A DNA stretch of 64,000 nt, from contig JAQFVV010000004.1 of the NCBI GenBank assembly GCA_028023455.1, forward strand, positions 23,002,001 through 23,066,000. The letters run 5' to 3'. The notes below the pieces were generated by a model. The model was given only the letters and a program-made list of their open reading frames with translations, had not been told where the DNA came from and ran no database searches. This DNA is from Epiperipatus broadwayi. Lineage: Eukaryota > Animalia > Onychophora. A program made the translations under genes and the position numbers. Below are positions 24,468 to 37,700 of this stretch, piece after piece; position 1 is the stretch's first letter, and each line of letters starts with the position of its first letter.

Positions 24468-26469
24468 CTACATTTAAAAAAATATGGATAATACTATGAT
24501 CTAGATATTGTTCGAATCTATTTTTCTTACAGTAAACAAACAATTTTTATATAATTATTACTGCATTTTCAAATAATTATTTAGGTATTAATATTCAATA
24601 TGTAAATAATTTTTAAATTTATATCTAAAAAAACATTTAAATATACCAAGCAATGTGGCACACTTGATTAGCAGAATTCATTATTAATTTTGATCCTTTT
24701 AATTTTTTTTACAATTTAAATTGCAAAGACTAGTTTTATTATTAGATATTACTTTTTCTTATAAAAATTTCACAAAACAAAATAATTTTCAAATAAAGTA
24801 AATTGGTATTTAAAAAACAACAAGTAATACATATAAAATTTATACTTCAAAAAACATGACATAATATAGTGGGCAGCAAACTTTATACTGAAAAAAAAAA
24901 ACATTCCAAATGACAAGCTTATGATAAAGAGCACTTTAAACATTTATTTACAGGATGAGGAAATTCTGAACTTAATGTTTATCCACTACACATTTACTTT
25001 CACATCAATTTATTAATTCAAAATTCTACTTATAAAATTTAAGTATTTGCAAAATCTACATTTAATTACAGACTTTTATATTTGCATATAAAAAAAAACA
25101 TTAATGTGATACTTACATACCTTCAGCTAATTTATTTTAATTTAGCAAATAATTAGAATTTCTAGTTCATAAACAATTGTCTGCTAGAAATTTAGAATTT
25201 TAAGTACTTCAAAATTTTAAAAAAAGAAATTCACAAGAATATATTTCAATATATTAAAAATGCATTTTATAGCATATTTTCTTAATAAAAAAATGGCTAT
25301 TTTCAAAGATTAAATTCCAAAATGCTTAATTATAACAAGGTGATATTAAAAATTATATTAGTTTATTATTTACAATCTCCAATTTCAAACACACATTATG
25401 AACAGCTGATATATAAATTGTTGTTCAAAAATAATTGTCATGATGAGGGGGAAAAGCCCACAACACAAATGCTTATACATCAAAAAGAATATCAAATTGC
25501 CAAAACCTGGCCAATATTTAAACAGTTTTTGCACTTACAATTTCTAAAATAATAAATATACATACAAATTCAATTAAATGCTATATGGATATAATTACTG
25601 TATTTATCATCGACATGAGTTAGGGTGAAGATAAGTTAATTATAACAATATTATACTGTATTATATTAGAATATTATAAAACCTAAAAGGATTATTATAC
25701 TATTTAGTATTCATAAGATTTGTCCATATATTCATATAAACAATATCATTTATGGGCCTAATATAATCAAACATTTTGGCATTCTTTGTGATCTTCCTAG
25801 GAATATAATATAGCACAAGACATAAAGTGAAACAGATTAACGTCTTTAATTACAACAGTAGAGAGAAAGAGAGGAAAAACTTAAAATTTTCCCAGGTTTG
25901 TATTATTTTAATTTGGAAAATTTTAATTATTCTAACATAATAATAAAAAAAAAAAGTAGCAAAAACTGCTAGAGACAAAATGCAGAAACTGATAAATTTT
26001 AAACTTACAAATACTACAAACAAAAAAAATACTAGACAAAAGTGAACAATTATTTAATTTTCATAACTTCATTAAATGGATCATATTAAAATATTAATTT
26101 GATATAGACCACATATCATTTACAAATTTAAATTTATCAATTTAATGATTTCTCTGTACAAATTTTTACAGATTAAGAAAAAACAGGCAATTATATATTG
26201 TGACATTCTGCTAGATGATGTTTAATTTTAGATATTGAAGGGGGGGGGGATAGGAAAAAAATCTAAAAAATTAAATTTCAATTATATTACGCAAGCCAAT
26301 TAATAATTCTATTATACACTCACTAATTTTCATTATTTTAAAACAAATTCCAATGATTTATTAATATCCATTCTTTAATATTTTTACTTTTTAATAACTT
26401 TTAAGAGCAAATTGGTTGAAAATATGTGTATGATTAGATGTAAATACATATCAGAAAAAATATATAAAA

Positions 26470-27005
26470 TAACAGGGCTGCTGAAATCACAGCATTTGGT
26501 TTCAAGGCCTCCCGTGAATTCATGAATAATTATCATTTTCAAACACTATCATTCCACTGCAGTCCATAACCTCTCCTCCACATCAACTATTAAATTTATT
26601 TCATCTATCCATTTCACGTCATCTCTTTTTAGGTATTTTACAATCTCTTGGGATCCAGTTCAAGACTACAATTCTCCATCTATTATCATCTGTTCTAGAA
26701 ATATGTCCAGCCCAGCTCCATCTCTTAATTCCTACAATTATCTTCAATAACACCAGATTGTTTTCTCATCTAAGTATTTTGCTTTCAATTCCTTATTTCC
26801 AACATATATCTATATGTTGTGGGATAATTTGAAATCTTTGAATAGAAATAATATAATTTTCTATTTCTTTTCCTTTGTATTGATTTCTACTTTAAGATAT
26901 CATACCATTTGCACCTTTCTTAAACACTTTATCAATACTTTTATTTATCAAACTAAAAGTTTTGCCTGTCCTGCAGTCATCATCAGAGCTCTTGTTAATT
27001 CTATT
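26470..27005 (-). mobile_element. RTE LINE 3' fragment
   Basis: The reverse complement of ccagcccagctccatctc region reads WSWAGHISRTDDNRW, then W.PR and a terminal EA motif. Confidence 0.8.
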
Positions 27006-27127
27006 GGGTTTTGGAAATAGAATTAACAAGAGCTCTGATGCTGACTGCAGGACAGTCGAAACTGTTAGTTTGATAAATAAAAGTATTGATAAAGTGTTTA
27101 AGAAAGGTGCAAATGGTATGATAAATC
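26896..27127. repeat. about 108-bp near-perfect inverted duplication with 10-nt spacer
   Basis: Arm 26896-27005 pairs with 27016-27127 with about 4 mismatches; both strands of the ORF track give YHTICTFLKHFINTFIYQT. Confidence 0.95.
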
Positions 27128-27805
27128 TTTGAATAATGACAAATACTATATATTAAATGGAATATACCAGAACTATAAAAAATATCAAGTTCATGTATGT
27201 GTTTGTACATAGAGAACTTTATGCACAAATATCTGTAAAATGTTTTCAGTTTAAAATAAAACGATTAATAAAAATACAATCTTTTATTGTATTTCTAAAT
27301 GTTTAAAAATAATTTCTAGATATTATCTAAAAAACATGTCTCAGAAAATTTTTCTAATGCTTTAATTAAATTTCTTTACTGCAATTAAAGCTTTATGGAT
27401 AATTAAATAATTGATTTATTATTTAAAAAGTGAAATTTTAATTTGCAGCATGAGAATTATAAATTCATAGAAAAGGTTGAAATTTTTCAATGCTTTAAAA
27501 AAAAAAAAAAGAGGGAGAAGGGGGCACAGTTAGTATTGGAAAGTAAAACAGATGTTATATAAAAATTAAGTCACAAATAAACAACACATCATCATTTAAA
27601 ATCCGAGGCTTCTTAGAAATGTCTACATTCAAAATATTTTTTGAAATATTATAGTGTTAAACATTTTATCAGTTATCTCACAAATATTGAAAAGCTTTAT
27701 TTCAATTATTATTTTTGTCATTAAGAAGATTGAAGACTAATCTTTTATATAAATGAATATTCACAATTTTTAGAAACAATAAGATATCACAAGATTTTAG
27801 CTTAC

Positions 27806-27954
27806 TCAAAGTTTCAGCAACAGCCTTTTTTTCTTAATCACATCTATGCCAACCATTATAAGCTTCAGCAAGTAAGATGCAGACAACAGCACTTAACAAA
27901 TCCCCATATTGGGGATACTGAATGGGACAGCACTAGATGGGGATTTATTAAGAC
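27806..27954 (-). other. candidate 149-nt poison exon with 16-bp hairpin
   Basis: gaatgcatatgacag|GTCTTAAT...ACTTTGA|gtaagc; phase-0 reading has TGA after 29 codons; GC-elevated island. Confidence 0.45.
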
Positions 27955-30667
27955 CTGTCATATGCATTCATTAAAAGTTTGTAGTGGGTAAAGTAGATGT
28001 GGTAAATAAAAAATGCTATATATACTTTTTTACAAATTATTATGGTATATACAATATTTGTTTTGTTAATTCCCTACAAACTTATAAAAACATATCAATT
28101 TTTTGTTCTAAGAATATATTTTATTAAGCAATATTGTATTAAGAAGAGCATTTGAAGAAAATAGTTAATACATTCCTATAATTGAAGAGACATTGAAAGA
28201 GATAAAGAGGATACAGAGATGTTATTACAGTTTCTCTCAGGATAAATTCATTAAATTCTCAATCTACAGGTATATTATTCTTCCACATCCATTATCTGCT
28301 TTCTTTGTCCCAAAATCAGGACTATAGAAATATAAATCCATCATTTTCCAGCCTTTTTTTTTGCATCTAAAGTTTGGAAATCAAGGTCTCAATACCCCCC
28401 CCCCCCCATTATTTGAAGCATTTTTGTTTCTTCACTAAAAAATAAACAAATCATTTTTTATTATTATTATTATAAAGATAAGTATTTCTCACTGTTTTCA
28501 AAATGAGAAATATCCTAAAAATAGTCAAGCTTGTTTCAACATTGTTATACTACTTTAAAATATTTTGTGTGTGTGTGTGTGTGTATAGAAGTTTTTGAAA
28601 TTAATTGAAACATAAAATACAGTGGAGCCTCGAACAATGCTGTATTTTATTCTCAGCCTTATGTTCAACGTATTTAATATATAACTTGTTTTGATGATAA
28701 ATATTAGAATATTTATTGAACTATAAATGTACAGTACTTTTCCAAGAGCATGTATTATAACATGGACACTTTTAAAATATATATAGTATGCACATAAATC
28801 AAGACTGTAGTATAAACAAATTTTAAAATAAAGAGAAATTTCATAGTTAAATGTCCTATTTTTATAGCTATTAAATATGCTCTAGGCAATTTTTTTTCCA
28901 ATAACTTTTTTCTCTTATAGAAACTTAATAGTTGTCTTCTTATGAAATTAGAATCTATAATGATTTAGGATTTTAAAATCAGTATCATCTTTTAGTATAT
29001 TCTAAAATTTTGTAAACTGTTAGCATTATGCTCAGAAAGTATTTTATTATATAAAATATAGCACATCAAATTCAGAAAGGGTAATAAAAAAAATAAAATG
29101 TATGCGCTTTCAACAATTTTAGTAATATATATAATCACATTTGGCATTAAGAGAAGGAAAAATGGCTCCGAATATAGTAAAATTTGTGAATTTTAACAGA
29201 TTTTTTTAATATTTACATTTTTGTTTGTATATATTTTTCCTTGAATAATGTGTAATAGAAGTTGCATAATTAGATATAGCTTAGTTCATGGATCCATTGT
29301 AAATCCAAAGCTAATAAATATTAATCCATTTTAAATAAATCTAATTATCACAATTGATATTAGAATTGCACATATATACAATACTACATACACACACATT
29401 TTGCAAATAATAGATTGGGAATATTTTGAATTTGAGTTTTGCTTAAAATTAATGTTTCTGATGTGCTGAGCATAAATAGTATTTCAATGAATAATCATTA
29501 AATTGTTCATCAATAATTTTTACAATATGATTCTACTTTATCACTTTTACACATTTACTGTTATTTTCTCTGGTCACTTGAAAAATAATGGATCAAGATT
29601 TTACTGTAAACTTACATTTTTCTAGTATATGTTGATATATATTATAGCTATATTATTAATTAATATTATAACCATATATTTAATCCTTTGTGTTAGGTAT
29701 GTATTAAGGCATTAACATTTTTATTTATATATTAAAATTAAGTAAATTTCTTTATCTGTGCTATCATAATAAAAATCTTATGTTTCAATAATATAAGTAA
29801 TTCAGTTAGCCCAATTATCTAGCAGTATTTAAAAGATTATCTTAGGTTGTTAAATATGTAATTGAAAAATCAATATTTAAATTAGAGTTAATCTAAAGCT
29901 CAATATACTTTAAATAGATTTAATAGATACTGTCCTAAGCATCTGAAATGATTAGTTAACTGTTTAAATTTGTTGATTTATAAAATAAATGTTAAAGCAA
30001 TAATTATGATTTATTAAATACCAATTTATAACCAAGTATTTAGAAGTAGGATTCTAAACAAGTAAGTATAACTGACTGAGAGCTTTAAATGTCAGTCAAA
30101 AGCTAATTTATTGTCATTGTATTGAAAAATGGTTATATTAATGTGCATGTATGTGTGTGTGTTGGAGCATGCTTATGAAATATTAAAAGTTGAAAAAAGA
30201 TTTATTAAAAATGTATTTTAAAAATTGGGTACAGTCAATTGGTTTTAATTAAAAAATAAATTTTTGAATAATGCAAGGGAAGGAGTCAAGAAAGAGTATT
30301 TGATTTAAAAAAATGTTGTTTGAAAAAGTTAATAATTTAATTAAATAATTATTTAGTTAATAGAAATTGTTAATTAACAAGTTAATTTATCATCTAGATG
30401 ATCACATGACTAAAATTGTCTGGATTTAAAGTACAGAATTCAAGGTCAGATCAATTAAGTCAATAATGACTATTAATTTAAACATTATAATGCAGACTTG
30501 TAACTTATTAGTTTAATGAATAGGAAATGCAGTCTTAATCTTGGTGCATAGGTGGAGAAAGCAAGACATACACACTAGTATAAAAATATACAATTAAAAA
30601 TTTAAAAACACTTCCAGACTTCAATACTTTTACTTCTTCACACTTTATTTCATTTAAATTTTAATTA

Positions 30668-31525
30668 CACCTGGGTCTCGCTTTATGCGGATTATTTTAA
30701 TGCGATTTTGAAGTTATGCGATTCATGTTTCTTCTTAATATCTTCAATACTTCACTATATTTATTAGATATCAAGAAATTTAAATTATTAATAACTTATT
30801 TTGATTTGAAATACTTTTTTTCTTTCAAAAATATAACGTTATATTAGCAGCTAACATGAATATGGCCTGAAGCTGTAACTAGAATATTAGCTTCTATGTA
30901 AATAACATACTTATATTAATGAGTAAATAATAATAAGATTTATATTTACATATAAAAATATCGCAATGTTCAAAAATTTTAAACTTTTAAAACATATTTT
31001 GTTAATTATAACAGAAATAAATAATTTTTCAGATTCTTAAAATAAATAATAACAAAGATTTTGTTTTTATAAACTGAAAATAATCTTTCTAATGATAATC
31101 TTTTTGTTTTGATTACGATCCCATTTTATATAGAAACAAAAAACAATTAACACAGTTCAAGACTGAAAGTGGCTAGTTTGTCACATGATGAATCTGATTT
31201 CTTAACATTTCACAAACACATATTGTCAAATAGCTAAATAACCGCTAATGATTAAAATATGTATGAAAAAATGTAAAATTAAATACTGTAGTTAATAAAA
31301 AAAAGTTTGTCTTCTTTTTTTTTTTTTCAAATATTTGAAATTTTTTATTAGTCATACTTTATTTCCTTATTTTTTTAATGCGAATTTTAAAGTAATTTTT
31401 CCTTCTTGCTTTGCTTTTATACAATTTCTGAAAATTACAACCCCTATTCCCATTTTTCAAGATAAGTCTATTTTTGTGCGTATTTTCTGAGAAACCTATC
31501 TACTGCATAAAATGAGACCCAGGTG
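30668..31525. mobile_element. Tc1/mariner-pogo-type MITE, copy 1 (858 bp)
   Basis: TA|CACCTGGGTCTC...GAGACCCAGGTG|TA terminal inverted repeats with TA duplication; no ORF. Confidence 0.88.
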
Positions 31526-33666
31526 TATATTTCAGTTTTGAAGTAAATTGCTTGGTTTATATTTGACTATTTTAAGTCAATGTTAAAATTTAAAGTTTTA
31601 TTATCATCTTCATGATAGAATATAGAACCATTAAGTTATCCATACATTGTTCTTCCTTAGACATAAATTCAACTGACTTATCAAACTAATTCTAAAAAAT
31701 GTTGAATAAAATTTTAAGTTTCTTAAAACCATAGGAGAGATCACATAAAGAAAAGTAATTGTTTCATTGTTTTAACTCTCTGGCATGTTTTAACTATATT
31801 ATTTGCCACTAAAATAATCAGCTACATATGCCAAGCTCAGATATAAAACTATATTTCTACAACATTATAAAAAAAGCATTAACAATTATTTAAAATTGTT
31901 TTATAAAGTATCATCAAATATCATAAAGAAAAGACTTCTCAAAATGTTTTATGTTAAATCGAATAATTTAGCTATTCATTTAAAGTTCATTTACCTACTG
32001 ATTTGAAGTTTTTCTGAATTGTTTATTGCTGAAATATCTTACCTATTTAAAAATAATAATAAAGCAATAATTACGCTTATATTGTTCTAATTAATTTATC
32101 TAAAAGTTATCTGATTATAATGAAACTGTATAAAAAGCAATTTATAATCAAAATTATCTTCCTGATTTTATTGCTGCATTTTGAAATAAATTATTTGCCA
32201 TTGGAATCATTTGCCATCAGCTCGTTATTTTGTGTGAAATTATTGCAAACTTTTTTTCCAAAATATTTCTACGTATTTGTCTGCTCTACTTAGTAAAGGA
32301 GTTTATTTATATATCATTCCAAGAAGAGAACAACTAAAAAGAGTGTTCCTTATACAAAAGAAATGAACTATTTAATCTGTATATAGTATTATAGTTGCAT
32401 ATATATATATATTTTAGAATTATTATAATCATTAGTTTATAACTATTATATTATGATTATTATTAGATATAAATGTTTTTACAGTGTTCCAGAGATGGAA
32501 TTGTAAGATATACAATTGAAGGTTATTTTATGAAACAATTTATTATTCCAAAGTTTTTATGAACGATTGTTTAAAAGTATAAATTATTGTACCCAAAGAT
32601 ATAACAGCCTTTTTTACAAAAAGTATTTATGAATATAAGTGTTATAAATATCCTTATGTGTATGAAAATTTTAAAGTTTATAAAGTATTGTCACTGTTAT
32701 ATGATAGGGTTTATCAGTATACATATAATTCTTAACTGAGTGAATGAATTGTGCCTTTTTTGTGTGTGTGCAAGATAACAATTATTCGTGTTTATTAGTA
32801 GTAATATTTTGAGGCAATTTGAAGTAAATATATATTACATGTGTATTTAGTCCCTCCATGATAGTGCAGCTCATTCATATTATATTACCTTTAGCATATT
32901 TAGCCATTCAAGAGAGTGGCTCATGCATTCATCGACACCATCTGTGTTTAGTACCAGATGTTCGATTATATTTTTACTAGCCTATATTATCCTTGGCCAC
33001 TATGTCTAGAATTTTAATTTTAGAATATATTTTGGTATTGACAGGCACTTGCAGTTTCACAATTTATTAGCTCTACTATAAATTTTTTAACTTCAAATAT
33101 ATTATCAGTATCGAGCATCATTTCCTCGCCTCAACATAGGTATTAAGATTATAAGTGTTTTTATATAGCATAATATTGATTATTGTATTAATATTTGTTA
33201 AGCATCTCCACTCTGATATTTTAATACTATTTTGATTAAGTAAAGTGTATATCTCATAGTAGCCTTGATAAAGGCATAGAGGTACATTATTTTATGTTAT
33301 GGATATTGGGTTTTTAAAGTTCAGATTGTATTTTCTAAATAAGAGAACTATTGCGTAATAAATATCACTTATATAATAAAATTGTAGAAATGGTTTTTAA
33401 GACAGGTATACCAACATATTAGTTAATATCTGTAAATGATATATAGTAAATTAAAAGAAATAATCATAATTACTGTAAATAAATATTTTATTATACAAAT
33501 TATTATATTGTGAATAAATATTTTATTATTAATTAAATATTTTTGTAGCCATTATATCATTGCATATGCACATCTATTTAAGTAAAATTTATATTAATAA
33601 TTTTTTATGAAAACATTTTAATGGTCACACAGAGTATATAGATTTATTTTGCTTAAGTTATTTTAC

Positions 33667-33786
33667 CTGCACTCTTAAAAGATGTTAAATGAGTCTTCAT
33701 TTCAAATGTACTTGTTATGTAGTTGGCAGCATCAGATGCTGCAACTGCCTTCTACATCATTTTGATGTTGCTTATTCAAATTTACA
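33667..33786 (-). other. candidate 120-nt poison exon with two hairpins
   Basis: Branch-like ctactgac + catattttctag| acceptor and GCAG|gtaaaa donor; phase-0 reading TGT AAA TTT GAA TAA. Confidence 0.45.
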
Positions 33787-34615
33787 CTAGAAAATATGGT
33801 CAGTAGAAGTGAAATAATTATATTTTAAATCATAGATGTTTTCAAGTTATTATGTATTACTTGGATTGTTTTATTATGTATTACTTAAGTATTTGAGTAT
33901 TCTGTTATTATATCATTTCTACTTTAAAATACTAAGATTCCAAAATAAACTAAAAAAAATATTTGGTTTAAATAATTAATATTTTTGTTAAGAAGCTAAA
34001 GTATTACCATTTTGTTCCAAATGCATTTTATTCTGAATTTGAACTCTGAGATCAAGATATTTTAGGATTGAAAAGAACCTATATTATTTTTAAACATGAG
34101 ATTAAGATATATTAAACTTATAAAAAAGCTCATTTTTAAGATCAAGATATATATATATTTTAATTATAAAAAGAACCTTGTAGATATATTTAGCTGTAGT
34201 ATTGTCTATAAGAGGACTCATACTCTGGAGAGTTTTAAAATTCATGTCATATATCTGCATGTATGAAATATAAATCACAAACACCATATTTACAAATGAG
34301 AAAATTAAAAAAAATTACATGATATCATAATGACTTAGCAAACACAAGTTTCTTTGCGTGTGACACAATTAAATGAGTGTAGCTTACTTCAATTGTATTT
34401 ATGGTAATAATTATCTATTTCGGTGCCACCAATTGTTGAATTCATTCAAAGGTTTTTGACTTTCCTTCGCTCTCCTGCACTTATTTGCAGTGCTATTTTA
34501 CTTGTTTTATGCTCATTTGGATAAAAACTTTATTAATTTATTACTTTGAAAAAGATTTGAAAAGAATACAAGTCTACAACTTAAAGAAAGTAAATATCAA
34601 CAAAGTCACTTGTTG

Positions 34616-34723
34616 TCTTGCATTGGTGGTTGAGAAGTCAGTGCGACTGCCTTGCACTTGCAGGCAGTTGCCCGGGTTGCGGGTTCGTGTCCTGGCCGAT
34701 GCTATGACACTTAAAAAAAAACA
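34616..34723 (+). mobile_element. short tRNA-Gly-derived SINE/retroposed pseudo-tRNA with poly(A) tail and 17-bp TSD
   Basis: GCATTGGTGGTT...GGTTCGTGTCCTGGCCGATGC (34620-34702) keeps the tRNA-Gly acceptor stem GCATTGG/CCGATGC and a B-box-like GGTTCG. An A-tail follows, and AACAAAGTCACTTGTTG is duplicated at 34599-34615 and 34724-34740. Confidence 0.85.
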
Positions 34724-37700
34724 AACAAAGTCACTTGTTGATAGTGTAATTGTGAGGATAATTGTAAATTCTTATCTATTGCTAATAAGCAAAAAAAAAA
34801 ATGAAAGTTTTTAATAATTTAAAATATTTATAATTATTTTTATCAAATATTTAAAACCAAAAGAATACGATTACATGTTGATCTGAGTTGAATATTTTCT
34901 TTTTCAAAGTACAACTTAAAGAAATTCTTTGTAACAGCAAAACAGAAGTTAAAAATATTGGGATATCAAAATAAAAATTAATACAATTTTAAATTTTAGA
35001 ATAAAAAAACTCATCACTTTATTATGACTTAACAAAAATTTGTTCAGGTTTTACAAATGAAGTTTTTGTTAACTTACTTTTTTTCAATAGCATTAAGATA
35101 AATAGCCAAAAATAAAGTCATTATTCTTGTTATGTATATAATTTTATTTTTTTATTTATATTTGCTAAGTTCAAATATGATTATTTAGAATGTTTTTCAT
35201 TTGTAAGTAAATTTATATTTCTAACAAATTAAACTCAATTTATTAAATTTTGATACAACAAAAATTGCCATCAGGAAGAAGTATTAAAATGTAAACTTGT
35301 TAAAGAGTTAACTTTTTTAGTATTCTATTATTTTCTTTTTAATGTAATCTAATAAGTTGCAATAAAAAATTATATATTAATAATATCTTCTCCCCAATAG
35401 TCTTTTCATCTCATGTATAGATGGAATGTGTTAGTGATAGAGATGGATATAGTTTTATTTATATTGATTATACTTTCTTACTTGATGCTCTATTATAAAG
35501 AACTAAATTTGATTTTAGATATATTCATTGACAGAGAATGGTTTTTAAGGTGTGTAATTTAATCACATCTCATGTGTGATGTACAGTGAATGTTCTTTTA
35601 AATCAATGGTAAGTCTATTTCAAAGCCTTTCCTTCATGTAAAAATAAATATATAGAGTTTCTAGACAATAAATTTATACAAGTCACTACATTTTGATATA
35701 AATTTTACATTATTATTAAAGATAATTATTTTTGCAAGTGTGAGATTGTACTGCTATCCATAATGGTAAAAAACATAATTTGCAACTAATTTTTAGTAAA
35801 TCAATCACTATATACACAGAGACATCCAACATGTATTGAAATGAAAACAAAAATAATTTAGACAAACCTATTACAGTAATAGTAATATTAACGATTGTTA
35901 TTCTAAAATTTAATAAAAAGACATAGAATCGGTGTGTGCTTAATCATTTTTAAAGAAATAATTCTAATTATTTAATATAAATTATTAAAATGCTATCATT
36001 TAACTACTTTATTTTCATATTTTTTATAATATTAGTTATCTATTTCCTGGAGCAGATAATAGACATACATTTTTTTAAAAACCTTTTTTGTCTAAATATA
36101 CACACACCCACAATCTACCCAATATGATTAATAATTTTTTCTTCTCTTAACAATTTCAACAAACAGTGTACATCTTTTAAAATGTAACTATGGCATGGAG
36201 GGTAATAGTCTTTCCAAAATCAACTCAATAACTAAGTGAAACAATTGTTTCCAAACAAAAACCAAATTTCATCTTGATGATCTCTTTGATTAAAGATAGC
36301 AAATTAGGAAATACAAAAAAGCTATTAATGCAAACTCCAGTAGCCAGTCTTAAATTCTTAAAATTAAAAATGATTATATGGTGTTGGCAATCATAAAACA
36401 CTTTTTCAAAACAATTTTTAAAAGTACAAAATAACCTCAATTTAACACTGAAAATATATCCAAAATGAAGATGTACAAAGTATCTGTTCGGCACAGTATT
36501 GATGTTACAGCATTTCAATAGTGATCATTTATCTAATAATATATATATTATCTTACAATTCCTGAATTTACATAGATTCTTGATAATATGCATTCTAAAC
36601 ACAGTATGGCTACTTTAATTCAAAATATTTTGTAAAGCAAATATTGCAATCATCATTTGAATAATTTATATATATATGTTAATACAAACTGGTCTTACAT
36701 TCATCTTTCAGATTTTCATACATTTTCAGTATAAATTAATTTCAATTATCAAAATAGCCTTTGAGAATATGCAAGTGCAGATCAAAAAGAGTATCAATTT
36801 TTAGAATGGATGCTTTAAATAATATTCATTTATGGTGCCAACTAAGGCAGAATATTCAAGCAGATGGAAAACTGACAATTCCTGATTTTAATGTTTTATT
36901 TCAATAAAAAAAAACAATATCTGCTGATCAATCAAGATTGAATCATTTCCTATCATAGCCAACATAATCCAAATCTAATCACTTTTGGAATTCGCATTTA
37001 GCTTATGAAAAAAATATTCATAGGGTACTTTTTAAATTCAAACAGTATTAATGTTGGACAAAATTAAAAAAGAATGAAACCAAACACATATATGTAGGAT
37101 TTAAAATTCTCTCAATTTAATGCTGTAATGAATAATGTCTTATTCATTTCAGGTCCTCCACATGGCTGAGAGATTATTTTCAGAGTTGTGAGGATGGTAA
37201 TAAATATAGCATTCAAATGTATATATATATATATAATGTTTGAATAATAAGAATATTCAAATGTATATATGTCATATTAAAAAATTAATAAGTTGTATAA
37301 AAAATATTTAAATTTGTGACACCAGTAAAATATATTAAATCTGTCTTAGTAAAGAATGTAGTGCAAAACAATTTAATTTAAAAAAAAAAAAAGACTTTAA
37401 ACAAATTAAAAAAACATTAAGCCATTTGATAAAAGATTGAAAAAAAAAAAAAAAATTCGGAAAATTTAATAATCAAGTTCATTTAATTAAATAATGTGTT
37501 TTTCAAACTCTTGTAAATAAAATAAAATACAGTCATATAAAAGATTCAAAAATAAAATGTTAAAGATGTAAAAAGAACAAGATCAATTTTAAAAACAGGA
37601 AGAAGTTAAAGCAGTCAATTTTGATTCTCACTTTATTCAAGCTACATCAGAATATTATGCTGGCTGAGCAGAAAGAAGAAAAACTGCCAACTGTAAAATC

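Noticed and set aside
28619-28650. Minus-strand ALFEAP as a possible RBM39 EAMLEAP start exon
   Set aside because: No splice donor or start codon; CAGTGGAGCCTCG after TA looks like a pogo/Tigger TIR remnant.
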